DNA of 64,000 nt, taken from assembly GCA_965204725.1 (NCBI GenBank), contig OZ242005.1, positions 4,992,001 through 5,056,000 on the forward strand. The letters run 5' to 3'. Under the pieces are notes generated by a model. It worked only from the letters and a program-made list of their open reading frames with translations. It did no database searches and had not been told where the DNA came from. This DNA comes from Candidatus Latescibacterota bacterium. GTDB taxonomy: Bacteria; Latescibacterota; UBA2968; UBA8231. The position numbers and the translations under genes are program-made. Positions 49,879 to 60,600 of this stretch are shown here, in pieces (the first letter of the stretch is position 1; every line of letters begins with the position of its first letter).

Positions 49879-51600
49879 TTACCTACTCTCGGCCAAGGCC
49901 CGCCGAATGCGCGCGGCCTCGCGGTGCGCCGGGTCGAGGCGCAGCAAGGTCGTCCAAGCCGCGGCCATTTCCGCCCAGCGTTGCTGGCCGCGGTACAGCT
50001 CGCCCAAGCGGTAGTGCGCCTTAGCGGCCTGAGCGTCTAGTGCCACGAGCGCGGTGTATTGCCGGATGGCGTCCGCTGGGCGGCCGACGCGCTCGTAGGC
50101 GCGGCCCAAATTGTAGTAGGCCCTCAAGTGGTGCGGGGCCAGCCGCAACGCCGTGCGGTAGTGTTCGATGGCCGCTTCGTAGCGACCGGCTTTCTGGTAA
50201 GTCAGGCCGAGATTGAAATGCGCTTCAACATGCGTGGGATGCAGGGCCAGCGCGGTCTTAAAGGACGCGATGGCCGCTTCGTAGCGCCGCGCCGCCCGGT
50301 GTAGTACTCCGAGGTTGAAGTGCGCTCGCAGTCGGGTCGGCTGAATGGCCACCGCTCGCTGGTAGTGATGGAGTGCGCGGGCGTATTGCCCCGATTGATA
50401 GTACGTAAACGCGAGGTTGTCGTGGGCGCGGGCGTTGTCTGGATAGTGCGCCAAGACAGCGGCAAACAAGCGAGCGTCGCTGTGCCAGTCGCGGTTGCGG
50501 ACGATGGTGCGCACCCCGCCCAGCAGGACCGCACCTAGTGCCACTGCCCAAATTAGACGCCGCGGTCCCGGGCTTTTCCGCAGCACCCACCCCCAAGTCA
50601 GGGCCACCGGAATCATGGCGAAGTGCAAGTAACGCTCGGCCATGCCGCTGGGCGCGAGGAAAAGCACATTGGCTACCGGCAAGAGGCACGCGCCAAAGAA
50701 CGCGCTGGCAAAGACCAGAAAGCGCGAGCGCACCACCCAAGGCAGCGCGATCAACGCGACGCACAAGCCTGAGCCAACGATAAACCACAGGTCGAAAGGC
50801 GACGTCACCGGCGGGATTGACGCATGCGAATAATCCGCCGACAGGTGTAGCGGTGCGGCGATCAGCAGCAAATAGCGCGGCAGAATGGCCACCGCCGTGC
50901 CGAGCCGCTGCCACGGGCCGAGGTCGGCCAAAAAATTGGTGGAAACCGGCCCGGCCGGGGCGTCGGCCAACGCCAGCCAACGCAAGGCCAAGACGCCGAG
51001 CAGGACCGCCCCGTAGCCCCAATGTCGCTTGCACCAAGCCGCTACGCCCTCCCGCGAGTCCGCCAACAACAGCGCGACCGGCAACACCATCGCCGTCTCT
51101 TTCGACAGGCAGGCCCCCGCGTACAGCAAATAGGCGAGGACGCGCCGCTGCCGATGCGCGATAAACGCACTCAGGGACAACGAGCTGGCGAGCAAGTCAC
51201 CCCGCGCCGACACCCACGCTACCACTTCGGTCTGGAGGGGATGACTCGCGTACAGCAAGGCGGCCCACAGCGCGGCGCGCCCTTCGCCGAGCAGGTCGCG
51301 GGCCAATGCGTACAGGAGCAGACTATTGACCGCATGCAATAGGACGTTGGTTAGGTGATAGCCCCAAGGCGCTTCCCCAAAGAGTTGGAAATCGACCCCC
51401 AGCGAGAGCAAGGTCAGCGGCCGGTACCACGCCAGCCCCATCCAACTCGTGCCAAAAAGCTCGCCTAGGGCCAGCGAGCGCACCGCATCGCTGGCGAGGT
51501 ACGCCGAGTCGTCAAAAACAAAGCCGTTGCCCAGCGTATTGGCGTAACACGCTAGGGCCAGTGCCGCTATGTAGCTGAGGTGCGAGGCTGGGAGCCGCAT
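49879..51600 (-). CDS. TMTC-like GT-C/TPR protein (protein O-mannosyltransferase-like)
   Basis: GFVFDD, YRPL, YHLTNVLLH, HPLQTEVVAWVSAR, SKE, AERYLHF, RNRDW; TPRs. Confidence 0.88.
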   Translation of the reverse strand: MRLPASHLSYIAALALACYANTLGNGFVFDDSAYLASDAVRSLALGELFGTSWMGLAWYRPLTLLSLGVDFQLFGEAPWGYHLTNVLLHAVNSLLLYALARDLLGEGRAALWAALLYASHPLQTEVVAWVSARGDLLASSLSLSAFIAHRQRRVLAYLLYAGACLSKETAMVLPVALLLADSREGVAAWCKRHWGYGAVLLGVLALRWLALADAPAGPVSTNFLADLGPWQRLGTAVAILPRYLLLIAAPLHLSADYSHASIPPVTSPFDLWFIVGSGLCVALIALPWVVRSRFLVFASAFFGACLLPVANVLFLAPSGMAERYLHFAMIPVALTWGWVLRKSPGPRRLIWAVALGAVLLGGVRTIVRNRDWHSDARLFAAVLAHYPDNARAHDNLAFTYYQSGQYARALHHYQRAVAIQPTRLRAHFNLGVLHRAARRYEAAIASFKTALALHPTHVEAHFNLGLTYQKAGRYEAAIEHYRTALRLAPHHLRAYYNLGRAYERVGRPADAIRQYTALVALDAQAAKAHYRLGELYRGQQRWAEMAAAWTTLLRLDPAHREAARIRRALAESR

Positions 51601-51654
51601 GACGACATTTCTTGAGAAAACAATAAGTTATGGGCTTGACTGAACGTATTATCG

Positions 51655-51903
51655 GGCACGATCTTTCAGAAAACCCGTGTTCCCTTACAAAAATGGTTTC
51701 TCGCCATCGGCTTGCAAGTCAATGCCAAAAAGAGCTTATCGATCCACCAGCTTGCCCGCGATCTGCAAGGTACATGCAGCAACGCTTCGAGCGGCTATGG
51801 CGACCGACGAAGAGGGTTTGATTTATGGTATTGTCGAGGTTGGATGAAGGGGATACATTGACAGACGCATAAGCCGATAATTTATCATTCCGGGTATATG
51901 CGC
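51655..51903 (+). pseudogene. Degraded IS1595-family transposase fragment
   Basis: Across frameshifts reads GTIFQKTRVPLQKWFLAIGL..NAKKSLSIHQLARDL..YMQQR..RAAMATDEEGLIYGIVE. Confidence 0.7.
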
Positions 51904-51926
51904 TCAATAGAACAAAACGGAGACAG

Positions 51927-54152
51927 GTGACACAAATGGACAGCATCCAAACGGCACTCAAAGACAGCAACTATCGTCTCGACCTGTTCAAGGACGATGA
52001 AATTAAAAATCTGCGTGCTAGGGTTTTCCGCAAAACCGGCCGAGAGCATCTGAAGTGCATCGTCCGGGATAAGGATATTCAGCTAAAGCCCGAAGAAATC
52101 GTCCGCCAACTCTATGCGGCTCGGCTTATCGATCAGTATGGCTATTCCAAAAACCGCTTGACCTTTGAACACCCGGTCAGCTTTGGAAGAGAAAAGAAAA
52201 AGGCCGACATTGTCATTTTTGACAAAGACCGTTTTGATACGGCCTATATCATCGTGGAGGTCAAAAAGCCCAAGCTCAAGGATGGAAAAGACCAGCTTCG
52301 ATCCTATTGCAACGCCACCGGCGCGCCGATTGGCGTGTGGACCAATGGCGAGCAAATTTCCCATTACCACCGCAAAGCCCCCAACTATTTTGAGGACATC
52401 ACCGATATTCCAAACAGTGCTCAAAGCCTTAAAGACATACTCCGCGAACGCTTTACCTTGAAAGACCTGATCATCAAAGACAAGGTCGCCAATGAGCGCA
52501 AATCCCTGAAGGACATCATTTTGGAAATGGAAGACGAAGTGCTGGCCAATGCCGGGGTGGACGTATTCGAGGAGGTTTTTAAGCTCATATTCACCAAGCT
52601 ATACGACGAATTTCTCAGCCAAAGAAACAAGGAAGCCATCAACTATGTCGTGCGAGAAATGACAGGAACGGTTGTCAGTGATCGAAGTTCGTCGGATTAT
52701 TTTTACGGACAGAATTATGAAGGGCTCAAAAAAGCGGTCAGCGCGGTTGACGACGAGGGCTTTCGAGCTATGGAATTCAGAAATACCGGGCAGACCGATG
52801 CGGGACTCAAGAAAAAAATTCAAACCCTGTTCGATCAGGCAAAGGACAAATGGTCGGGGGTGTTTCCCGAAGGCGCGACTTTTGAACTCTCCGACAGCCA
52901 CTTGTCCGTTTGCGTGTCTAGCTTGCAAGATGTGAAATTGTTCAACTCCAATTTGCTGGTGGTGGATGAAGCCTTTGAGTATCTGGTCAGCAAATCCGCC
53001 AAAGGCGAAAAGGGGCAATACTTCACGCCGCGCCATGTCATTGATATGTGTGTGCAGATGCTGAACCCCCAACCCGGCGAATACATGATCGACACTGCTT
53101 CCGGCAGTTGTGGTTTTCCAGTGCATACCATTTTTAAGCTCACGGGGCATTTGTTCAGCAACGTGGAGATCAAGCCGGAGGAAAAAGAGAATGTCCTAAA
53201 AGTGTTCGGCATTGACTTTGACGAAAAGACCGTCCGCGTCGCCCGCACGTTGAACTTGATTGCCGGCGATGGCGAGACCAATGTGCTGCATTTGAACACA
53301 CTGGATTTTGAACGCTGGAGCGACCGGGTAGAGAAAGACAGGCAGTGGATCAGAACGTATGGCGATGGCTTTGAACGGCTGGAAAAACTGCGAGCCGAAA
53401 AAGGTCAAAATAAGCGGTTTAACTTCGATATTCTGATGGCCAATCCGCCCTTTGCCGGCGACATCAAGGAAAGCCGCCTGCTACATCAATACGACCTCGG
53501 GTTTAAGGCCAACGGCAAGGCGCAAAGCAAAGTCGGGCGCGACATTCTGTTTATTGAGCGCAATCTGGACTTTCTAAAGCCCGGCGGGCGTATGGCGATT
53601 GTGCTACCGCAGGGCCGATTTAACAACACAACCGACAAGTATATCAGGGAATTTATCACCGAGCGCGGGCGCATCCTCGCCGTAGTTGGGCTACACGGCA
53701 ATACGTTCAAACCGCATACAGGAACCAAAACTAGCGTGTTGTTTGTGCAGAAATGGGACGATGAACTCTGCTCCAAAGTAGATGACTACCCCATCTTTTT
53801 TGCCGTGAGCGAAAAGGGGGGCAAGGATAACTCCGGCGATTACGTCTATGTCAAAAGCGAGAACGGGCAGGACAAGCTAGACAGAAACGGCCATTTGATC
53901 GTCGACCACGATTTGCACAACCACGATGGCGAACTGCCCGACGGCATTGCCGAAGCCTTCATTGAGTGGGCGAAGGGCGAAGGGTTGAGTTTTTGGGAAA
54001 ATGAAGAAGATGGGTTGAGAACCGACCGACGCCAAGCATGGCGGGACTTTATTAGCAACAATCGCCAAAGGCGAATATACGTCGATAGCGATATAGATAT
54101 TTCGCGTCTAGGTGATAAAATAAACGACATGGAAGTGGAGCTTGAAAAGTGA
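51927..54152 (+). CDS. N-6 DNA methylase with N-terminal HsdR_N-type nuclease domain (type I/IIB-like RM large subunit)
   Basis: KPEEIVRQ, ADIVIF...IIVEVKK; GQYFTPR, DTASGSCGF, ANPPF. Confidence 0.9.
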   Translation: MTQMDSIQTALKDSNYRLDLFKDDEIKNLRARVFRKTGREHLKCIVRDKDIQLKPEEIVRQLYAARLIDQYGYSKNRLTFEHPVSFGREKKKADIVIFDKDRFDTAYIIVEVKKPKLKDGKDQLRSYCNATGAPIGVWTNGEQISHYHRKAPNYFEDITDIPNSAQSLKDILRERFTLKDLIIKDKVANERKSLKDIILEMEDEVLANAGVDVFEEVFKLIFTKLYDEFLSQRNKEAINYVVREMTGTVVSDRSSSDYFYGQNYEGLKKAVSAVDDEGFRAMEFRNTGQTDAGLKKKIQTLFDQAKDKWSGVFPEGATFELSDSHLSVCVSSLQDVKLFNSNLLVVDEAFEYLVSKSAKGEKGQYFTPRHVIDMCVQMLNPQPGEYMIDTASGSCGFPVHTIFKLTGHLFSNVEIKPEEKENVLKVFGIDFDEKTVRVARTLNLIAGDGETNVLHLNTLDFERWSDRVEKDRQWIRTYGDGFERLEKLRAEKGQNKRFNFDILMANPPFAGDIKESRLLHQYDLGFKANGKAQSKVGRDILFIERNLDFLKPGGRMAIVLPQGRFNNTTDKYIREFITERGRILAVVGLHGNTFKPHTGTKTSVLFVQKWDDELCSKVDDYPIFFAVSEKGGKDNSGDYVYVKSENGQDKLDRNGHLIVDHDLHNHDGELPDGIAEAFIEWAKGEGLSFWENEEDGLRTDRRQAWRDFISNNRQRRIYVDSDIDISRLGDKINDMEVELEK

Positions 54153-54553
54153 TCTATATTGACACAGATGTTTTGGTACATGCTTATGTCGTTCAGGATA
54201 GAGAAAAGAATAGGAGGGCCAATGAAGTTATCGAGCAAGTGAATGAAGGTAATAGCGCAGCCATATCAACGCTTAGTGTTCAAGAAATGCTGTTTGTTCT
54301 GGAAAAATTACGTATTGACAGCCAAGCTATTGACACGGCTTACAATGAAGTTATGCAACTGCAACCTCTTGCTTATGACATAGAAATTTTACGGCGAGCG
54401 GTTGATATAGCCAAGCAGGTTGGTTTTAGAAACATCAATGACTGTATTCATACAGCGATTGCCGAATCACACTGCACGGAGTTGATTACCTACAATAAGG
54501 GCGATTTCAGAAAAATAAGGGAGTTTGCAAAGGTTAAGGTGACGATACTGTGA
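54149..54553 (+). CDS. PIN-domain (VapC-like) ribonuclease
   Basis: IYIDTDVL, SVQE, NDCIHTAIA, LITYNKGDF; GTGA overlap with the methylase stop. Confidence 0.88.
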   Translation: MIYIDTDVLVHAYVVQDREKNRRANEVIEQVNEGNSAAISTLSVQEMLFVLEKLRIDSQAIDTAYNEVMQLQPLAYDIEILRRAVDIAKQVGFRNINDCIHTAIAESHCTELITYNKGDFRKIREFAKVKVTIL

Positions 54554-54597
54554 CGTAGCAACCATTAAAACGCTGTCGTTTGAAAGATGAGGGAAGG

Positions 54598-55989
54598 ATG
54601 AGATATAAAATCAGATATTTATCAAGCGTGTCTCTGCATCCAGACCACCGTTGGGATGGCGAATACCTGTGTTTTGAGCCATACAAAAACGAGAACCTTG
54701 ACTATGTACCAATAGGTGACGTGCTTTCTTCTTCTCAATATGGCGTTTCCATAGAGATGAATGAAGAGAGAATCGGAACAAAAATTTACAGGATGAATGA
54801 GATTAGCAATATGTTGTGTGACCGCACCATCTTAAAGTACGCAAAATTAAGTGCTGATGAGGTTGCATTATACAAACTCAAAGACAGAGATGTTCTGTTT
54901 AACCGCACAAACTCGCAAGCGTTCGTAGGCAGAACGGGTATATTTAGAAAATTCTCAGATGAAGCCGTTGTTTTTGCGTCTTACCTTGTACGCATAAATC
55001 CAAATCCTAAAATCGTTACTCCTGAATACTTAACAGCATTTTTGAATACCAAATACGGTGTTCAGGATGTCAAAAGACGGGCAAGAATTTCAATCAACCA
55101 ATCAAATGTCAATGCGGAGGAATTAAAGAGGATCAAGATACCACTGTTATGTGATGAACTACAAACAAAGATAACATTATTGTTTGATAAAGCCTTTGAT
55201 TTCATTCAAGCATCAGAGGCCATATATCGTCAAGCCGAAACCCTCCTTATCTCTGAACTCGGCCTTGCCAACTGGCAGCCCAAACACCAACTCGCCTTTG
55301 TCAAAAACTACTCCGATACTCAGCGATTTGAGCGCATTGACGCCGAGTATTTTCAGCCGCAATATGAGGAGATAGTCAATGTCATCAAAAGCTATTCGGG
55401 TGGATGGGATACACTGGATAATTTGGCTCACTTAAAAGACAAAAATTTCAGACCAAAAAATAAGACAGAATACAGATACATTGAACTTGCCAATATCGCA
55501 GACAACGGAGAAATAACCGACTGTACAACAACACAAGGTCAAGATTTGCCAAGCAGAGCAAAACGCAAAGTGTCAATGGGAGATGTGATTGTTTCATCTA
55601 TAGAGGGTTCACTCGATAGCATCGCCTTGATAGATGCGAAATATGATGAGGCCCTTTGTTCTACGGGTTTCCATCTGCTTAACTCAAAGATGTTTAATTC
55701 CGAAACGCTACTTGTACTGATGAAAAGCATAATTGGACAGTTGCAACTCAAGAAGAGATGTAGTGGAACCATTTTGACTGCTATCAAAAAAGACGAACTT
55801 GCTCAGATTATTTTACCAATAATTGAGAAAGAAAAACAGGCGCGAATCCAGCAAAAAGTGACCGAGTCCTTTGACTTGCGAGAGCAGTCTAAACACCTAC
55901 TAGAATGCGCCAAACTAGCGGTAGAAATGGCTATTGAACAGGACGAACAGACGGCCATTGAGTGGATGGAAGGGGCACTTGCCTGTTAG
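54598..55989 (+). CDS. RM specificity (S) subunit with two TRDs
   Basis: RWDGEY and RIDAEYFQP repeats; DVLFNRTNS, FASYLVRI, STGF; AT-rich. Confidence 0.88.
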   Translation: MRYKIRYLSSVSLHPDHRWDGEYLCFEPYKNENLDYVPIGDVLSSSQYGVSIEMNEERIGTKIYRMNEISNMLCDRTILKYAKLSADEVALYKLKDRDVLFNRTNSQAFVGRTGIFRKFSDEAVVFASYLVRINPNPKIVTPEYLTAFLNTKYGVQDVKRRARISINQSNVNAEELKRIKIPLLCDELQTKITLLFDKAFDFIQASEAIYRQAETLLISELGLANWQPKHQLAFVKNYSDTQRFERIDAEYFQPQYEEIVNVIKSYSGGWDTLDNLAHLKDKNFRPKNKTEYRYIELANIADNGEITDCTTTQGQDLPSRAKRKVSMGDVIVSSIEGSLDSIALIDAKYDEALCSTGFHLLNSKMFNSETLLVLMKSIIGQLQLKKRCSGTILTAIKKDELAQIILPIIEKEKQARIQQKVTESFDLREQSKHLLECAKLAVEMAIEQDEQTAIEWMEGALAC

Positions 55990-55996
55990 GTATAAT

Positions 55997-57667
55997 ATGG
56001 ACGCGCTAAGAGACGTCAGACTCGCACAAACCCGTTGGGCGATCCTTGTGGCGGCACTGGTCTTATCGCTGGCGTGTAGTCGGCCAGACGCGCCGGCGGT
56101 AGCACGGGTCGGCGACGTGCCCATCACGGGCGCGGAGTTGCGCCGGTTTGCCGCAAACGTGTTGCCCGGGCTGCGCCCACCCGATCCAACAGGGCCAGCG
56201 GCGCGTGAGTCCTACTTGCAGACCTTGATCGACCGCCAACTCATGCTGCGCCAAGCCCGCGAAACGGGCCTAGACCGCGAGCCGGCCGTGCGGGTTGCGC
56301 GGCTGCTCCAGCGGCGCACCTATCTGGCGAACTTGTACCGGAAGCGCGACCTGCATCCCCAAGCGCGCATTACGGACGCGGATGTCGCCCGCTTTTTTGC
56401 CGAGCAGGGCCTCGGGCGCGAGCGCCTCATGACGGCCATTTTGGTCCAGACCGAGGCCGAAGCCCAAGCGATCGCACGCCAACTCGCAACCGGGGCTTCC
56501 TTTGCCGAACTCTCGGCCCAACACACGCTCGACCCCCGCGCGGCTGCCCAGCGCGGGCGAATCGGCTTTGTCAATCGCGCCATGGCCAGCCGCCTCGGGG
56601 TGCCAGAGGTCGTATTCGATCACCAGCCGACCGGCGTCGTATCCGAGCCGTTGCCCTTGGGCCGGCGGTTTCACTTGGTGCGCTTTGTCGAGGAGCGCCA
56701 AGTAGAAGTCGATAGCCAGCGGGAGTTGCTCGCCCGCGAGCTGGCCAAAGCCAAAAGGCGGGAGGTTGAGCGGCAGCAGGTCGAGCTCCTCGCCTATAAA
56801 CTCGGCTGGCGTTTGACCGCGCCGGGCCTAGCCGCCCTGCCAGCAAAAGCGAACGCGCCCTTGTTTACCTACGATGGCGGCGAGGTCTCCACCGAAGAAT
56901 ACCTAGAAATCCTGCACAAGCATCGGGTGACGCGCCCAGCGGCGTTGCAAGACAGCGCGACCATTGCGGCCTTTGCGCGCCGCGCCATCTTGCCGGAGCT
57001 CGTGTTGGCCGCTGCAGCCGAAAAGGCCGGCTACCACCAAAAGGCAGAGGCCGCCGCGCACTTGGCCAAAGCCGACGAAGAATTGCTGCTCAAAGCCGCG
57101 TACCAACGCCACGTAAGCGACTCGGTCGCCGTCGCCGCGGCCGAGGTCGAGGGCTATATCGCCGCGCATCCCGAGCGATTCACCACCCCGGAGTCTATCT
57201 GCTTTGACGAGCTGATCGCGCCCAGCCGGCAAGAGGCCCAGCAACTCAAAGACGCTTTGACCGGCCAAGAGGACTTGGCCGCCTTGGCCAAGGCGCGCGG
57301 TTTCCCGTTGCGACCGCGGCGCGCCGATGGCCTCGTCTGCATGCACCGCTACAACAGCGTCCCGTATCCCCAGCTCTGGCGTGCCCTGCAATCGGCCGAG
57401 AGCGGCGTCCTAAACGGCCCGGTGCAAACCCGCGAGGGATTTGCCTTGTTCGTGGTGGTCCGCACCGAGCCGGCCCAGCCCGAGCCGGCCCCGCAGGCGC
57501 GACAACGGGCGCGAGCGGCCCTCGTGCAGCAGGCCGAACAAACGCGCTTTGACCATTGGATTGCGTCGTTGCGAGAAAAGTACCGCGACGAAATTGACAT
57601 CTCGGCCGAGCAACTCGCCGCCGCGCTGCCCGATTCGCTGCTCGCCAGCCTCGGACCGCGCGAGTGA
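55997..57667 (+). CDS. Peptidylprolyl isomerase (SurA/PpiC-type) lipoprotein
   Basis: Lipobox LAC; ILVQTEAEA..GASFAELSAQHTLD..GRIG; second parvulin-like domain. Confidence 0.82.
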   Translation: MDALRDVRLAQTRWAILVAALVLSLACSRPDAPAVARVGDVPITGAELRRFAANVLPGLRPPDPTGPAARESYLQTLIDRQLMLRQARETGLDREPAVRVARLLQRRTYLANLYRKRDLHPQARITDADVARFFAEQGLGRERLMTAILVQTEAEAQAIARQLATGASFAELSAQHTLDPRAAAQRGRIGFVNRAMASRLGVPEVVFDHQPTGVVSEPLPLGRRFHLVRFVEERQVEVDSQRELLARELAKAKRREVERQQVELLAYKLGWRLTAPGLAALPAKANAPLFTYDGGEVSTEEYLEILHKHRVTRPAALQDSATIAAFARRAILPELVLAAAAEKAGYHQKAEAAAHLAKADEELLLKAAYQRHVSDSVAVAAAEVEGYIAAHPERFTTPESICFDELIAPSRQEAQQLKDALTGQEDLAALAKARGFPLRPRRADGLVCMHRYNSVPYPQLWRALQSAESGVLNGPVQTREGFALFVVVRTEPAQPEPAPQARQRARAALVQQAEQTRFDHWIASLREKYRDEIDISAEQLAAALPDSLLASLGPRE

Positions 57668-57682
57668 AACCTTGGAGCGAAT

Positions 57683-60600
57683 ATGACCAGCCAACGCATC
57701 CCCTTACGCTGGAGCCTGTGGTTGCTCCTTTTCTTATTCCTAAACCAAGCGGAAGCACAGGAGGGTTTTGAGCTAACCGCCGATGGCGTCACCATCAATC
57801 GCGCCGCGCAATGGGAACACTGGACGCGGCCCAAACACGCCATCCACATCGATCGCCAAACCCACACCCTCACTCCGCGCCGCATCGGCCAAGCGACCGA
57901 CGCCATCCGCGACCTCGATCGCTTCCAAACCTTGATCGGCAATCAGAGCGCGTACGACAAGTTGGTTAAGGAATTAAACCGCGCCGACCGCCCCATCCCC
58001 CTCAACATCCGCCCGGCCGAGGCCACGGTGGCCGGGGTGCCGATCGTCTATCTAAAGGCCAACAAGAAGAAAAACATTGAGGTCGGCGATCCAATTATCT
58101 GGTACTACTATCACGGCGGCATCCGCCACGCCGGCACCCGCGTCGAAACGGCCGCGGCCATTCTCGACGGGGACCCAACGACCTACTGGGAACCGAGCAC
58201 CGTGGTTTCTCGCGCCGAGTACGACGATCTCGCGCCGGCCGCCCAAGGGCCTATCTACTTTATCGCCCGCGGCGACGACAGCGCAGAGCGGCGGGTCGAT
58301 GAGGCCACCTATAACGCTGCGGCCCGGGGGGATCGCCGCGTGGAATACCACAGTCACTCGCTCGAAAACTGGACGGTCGATATCGACTTGGGCCGACTGG
58401 TGCCGGTCGCCAAGGTGGTGCTGCGTTTCCTAGACCCCAGCGCGGGCGAGCCGTTCCGCCAAGTGCGCTTGCTCGGGACGGCTTCGGACGCCCGGGGTGC
58501 GGATTTGTCGCTCATAGACCGCACCATTGCCCCGGTCGAAAACCAAACCTCGGTGGAGTTCGACCTCGACCCAGACGACGAAGGCGTGTACCAGCAGCTC
58601 CACATCCTCCGCATCGCGGTTACGGACAGCAAGCTCGACAAGTTCGCGGTCGTGTCGGAAGCCGAGTTCGCGGCCCTGCCGCTCGACGAGCAAGGCGGCA
58701 TCGACTACCACATCGTCAACGCGGCCGGCACGGAGACGAAGGTGGCCCGCAGCATATACGAGGACGTCGATCCCCAGCGCCGCGGTCGCCTCATTCACTA
58801 CCGGCGCGAGCGGCCCCGCCTAGCCGCCATAGAGGTTTGGACCCAAGGCGACAACATCGCCCTCGACGTCATCGATGGCGGCGGCAGCGTCGAGCTGACC
58901 GGCACCTTCGGCGGCCTGCCCGGGTTCGATGGCCGCTACGAGAGCAACTTCCTCCAATTCGTCTGGTCGCCCGACCCGCGCTTTGAAGACCGCGGCATTA
59001 TGACCCTCGACTTGGGGGCGCGCTTCTGGATCAACTACTTCCGCATGGTCGGCGACATCAGCGGCGTAGATGAAATGATCGTCCGCATCTCCGACGGCAC
59101 CCGGGATTCCAACGGCAGTCTAAAGTGGCGCGAGATGCACCGCCAAACCGGCGGCACTGTGGAGAGCGAGTTTGAACAGCTCGAACCCGTGCGCTACCTC
59201 ACCAGCCAGATATACACCAGCCAAGCGGGCCGCGCTGGCGGGTACAACACCGGCGACCGCATCCGCGAGGTGCAGCTATTCGGCGAGGGCTATCCCTCGG
59301 AGGTCACGCTCACGTCGCCGATGATCGAGCTGCCCGGCTCGGTCATTCTCGGCCGCATCGAATGGGAAGCCGACTTGCCGGACTCCGAACAGGTCGATGT
59401 GCAGATCCGCACGCGCACCGGCGACCGCCTCGTGGAGGTCGTCGAGTACTACGGCAACGGCGGCGACCGCAAGACCGAAACCGATTATACAAACCTGCCG
59501 ACCAGCTTTAAGGGGCCGGTCGTCAATCGGCTGCAACCCGGCGGCGGCTGGAATAGCTGGAGCCAGCGCTATACCCGCTCGGGCCAGTTCGTAACCTCTC
59601 CCAGCCCGCGCCGCTTCTTGCAAATTCAAGCGCGGCTGCTTTCCACCTCGCCTGACGTAGCGGCCAGCCTGCGCTCCATTGCGGTAGAATTCCTGCCCCC
59701 AGTGGCCCACCGGACGGTCGCCGAGATCTGGCCCAATACGGTCGAGCCGCGAGCAAGGAGCGAGTTCGCGCTCTACATCAAACCGACCTTTGTGGAGCAC
59801 CAGCCCGGCGGACCACCCAGCCGGCGCTTTGACGAGATTTTGCTCGACGCCGCCCCCATAGAGGAGATCGCCATCGCCGAGGTGGCCCTCGGCCGGGAGG
59901 ACGATTTGGACCGCGGCCAACCCCGCCGCCTTTTTTCCGCGGCCGGCGCGGGCGTGCTCATCGACGCGGCCACGGGCGATTCCCTACAGATCTTCCCGGC
60001 CGCCACCGGCACCGCCCTGCGGTTGCTCCTCCCGGAAAAGGTGGCCTTGCAAGCGGCCGAGGACGACACCCGCACCTATTACCGGGTCGTGACGGAAGAA
60101 GGCGAACAGGTGCCGGTTGACGGCGACGGTCGCATCCTCAACGAGCTAACCTATCTCGGCCTGCCGGTCGAGGAGCAAGGCGACATCCTCTACTTCGCCC
60201 GGCGCGGTCGCGGCGCGGAAGCCGTAGAGGAATTTGCCTATCGGAGCTTGCCCGATTCGCTCCAAGGCGAGATTCGCTACTTTCGTCGGCTGATCGGCAA
60301 GGGCGGAGAATTCCCGTTTGACCGCGAGGGGAACGCCCTGACCCAAGCCGCGTATAACGCCCTGCCCCGGACCCAGCAAGGGTCCATCGCGGCGGTCGGC
60401 GAGCTGGTGCGGGTGCGCTTTCACGCTTCGGTGCTGCTCAACGGCACCACCGTAGATGCTGCAATCCGCGATTCGGCCTTTCCCGACACCTATCAACAAG
60501 TCGATCCGGGCGACGCCACGCTTTTGACCCCCGGCACCGCCCTGAGCATCTCCGTGCCCCTGTCGAACCGGGTCGTGCAGGGCGTTGCCATCGCGCCGAA

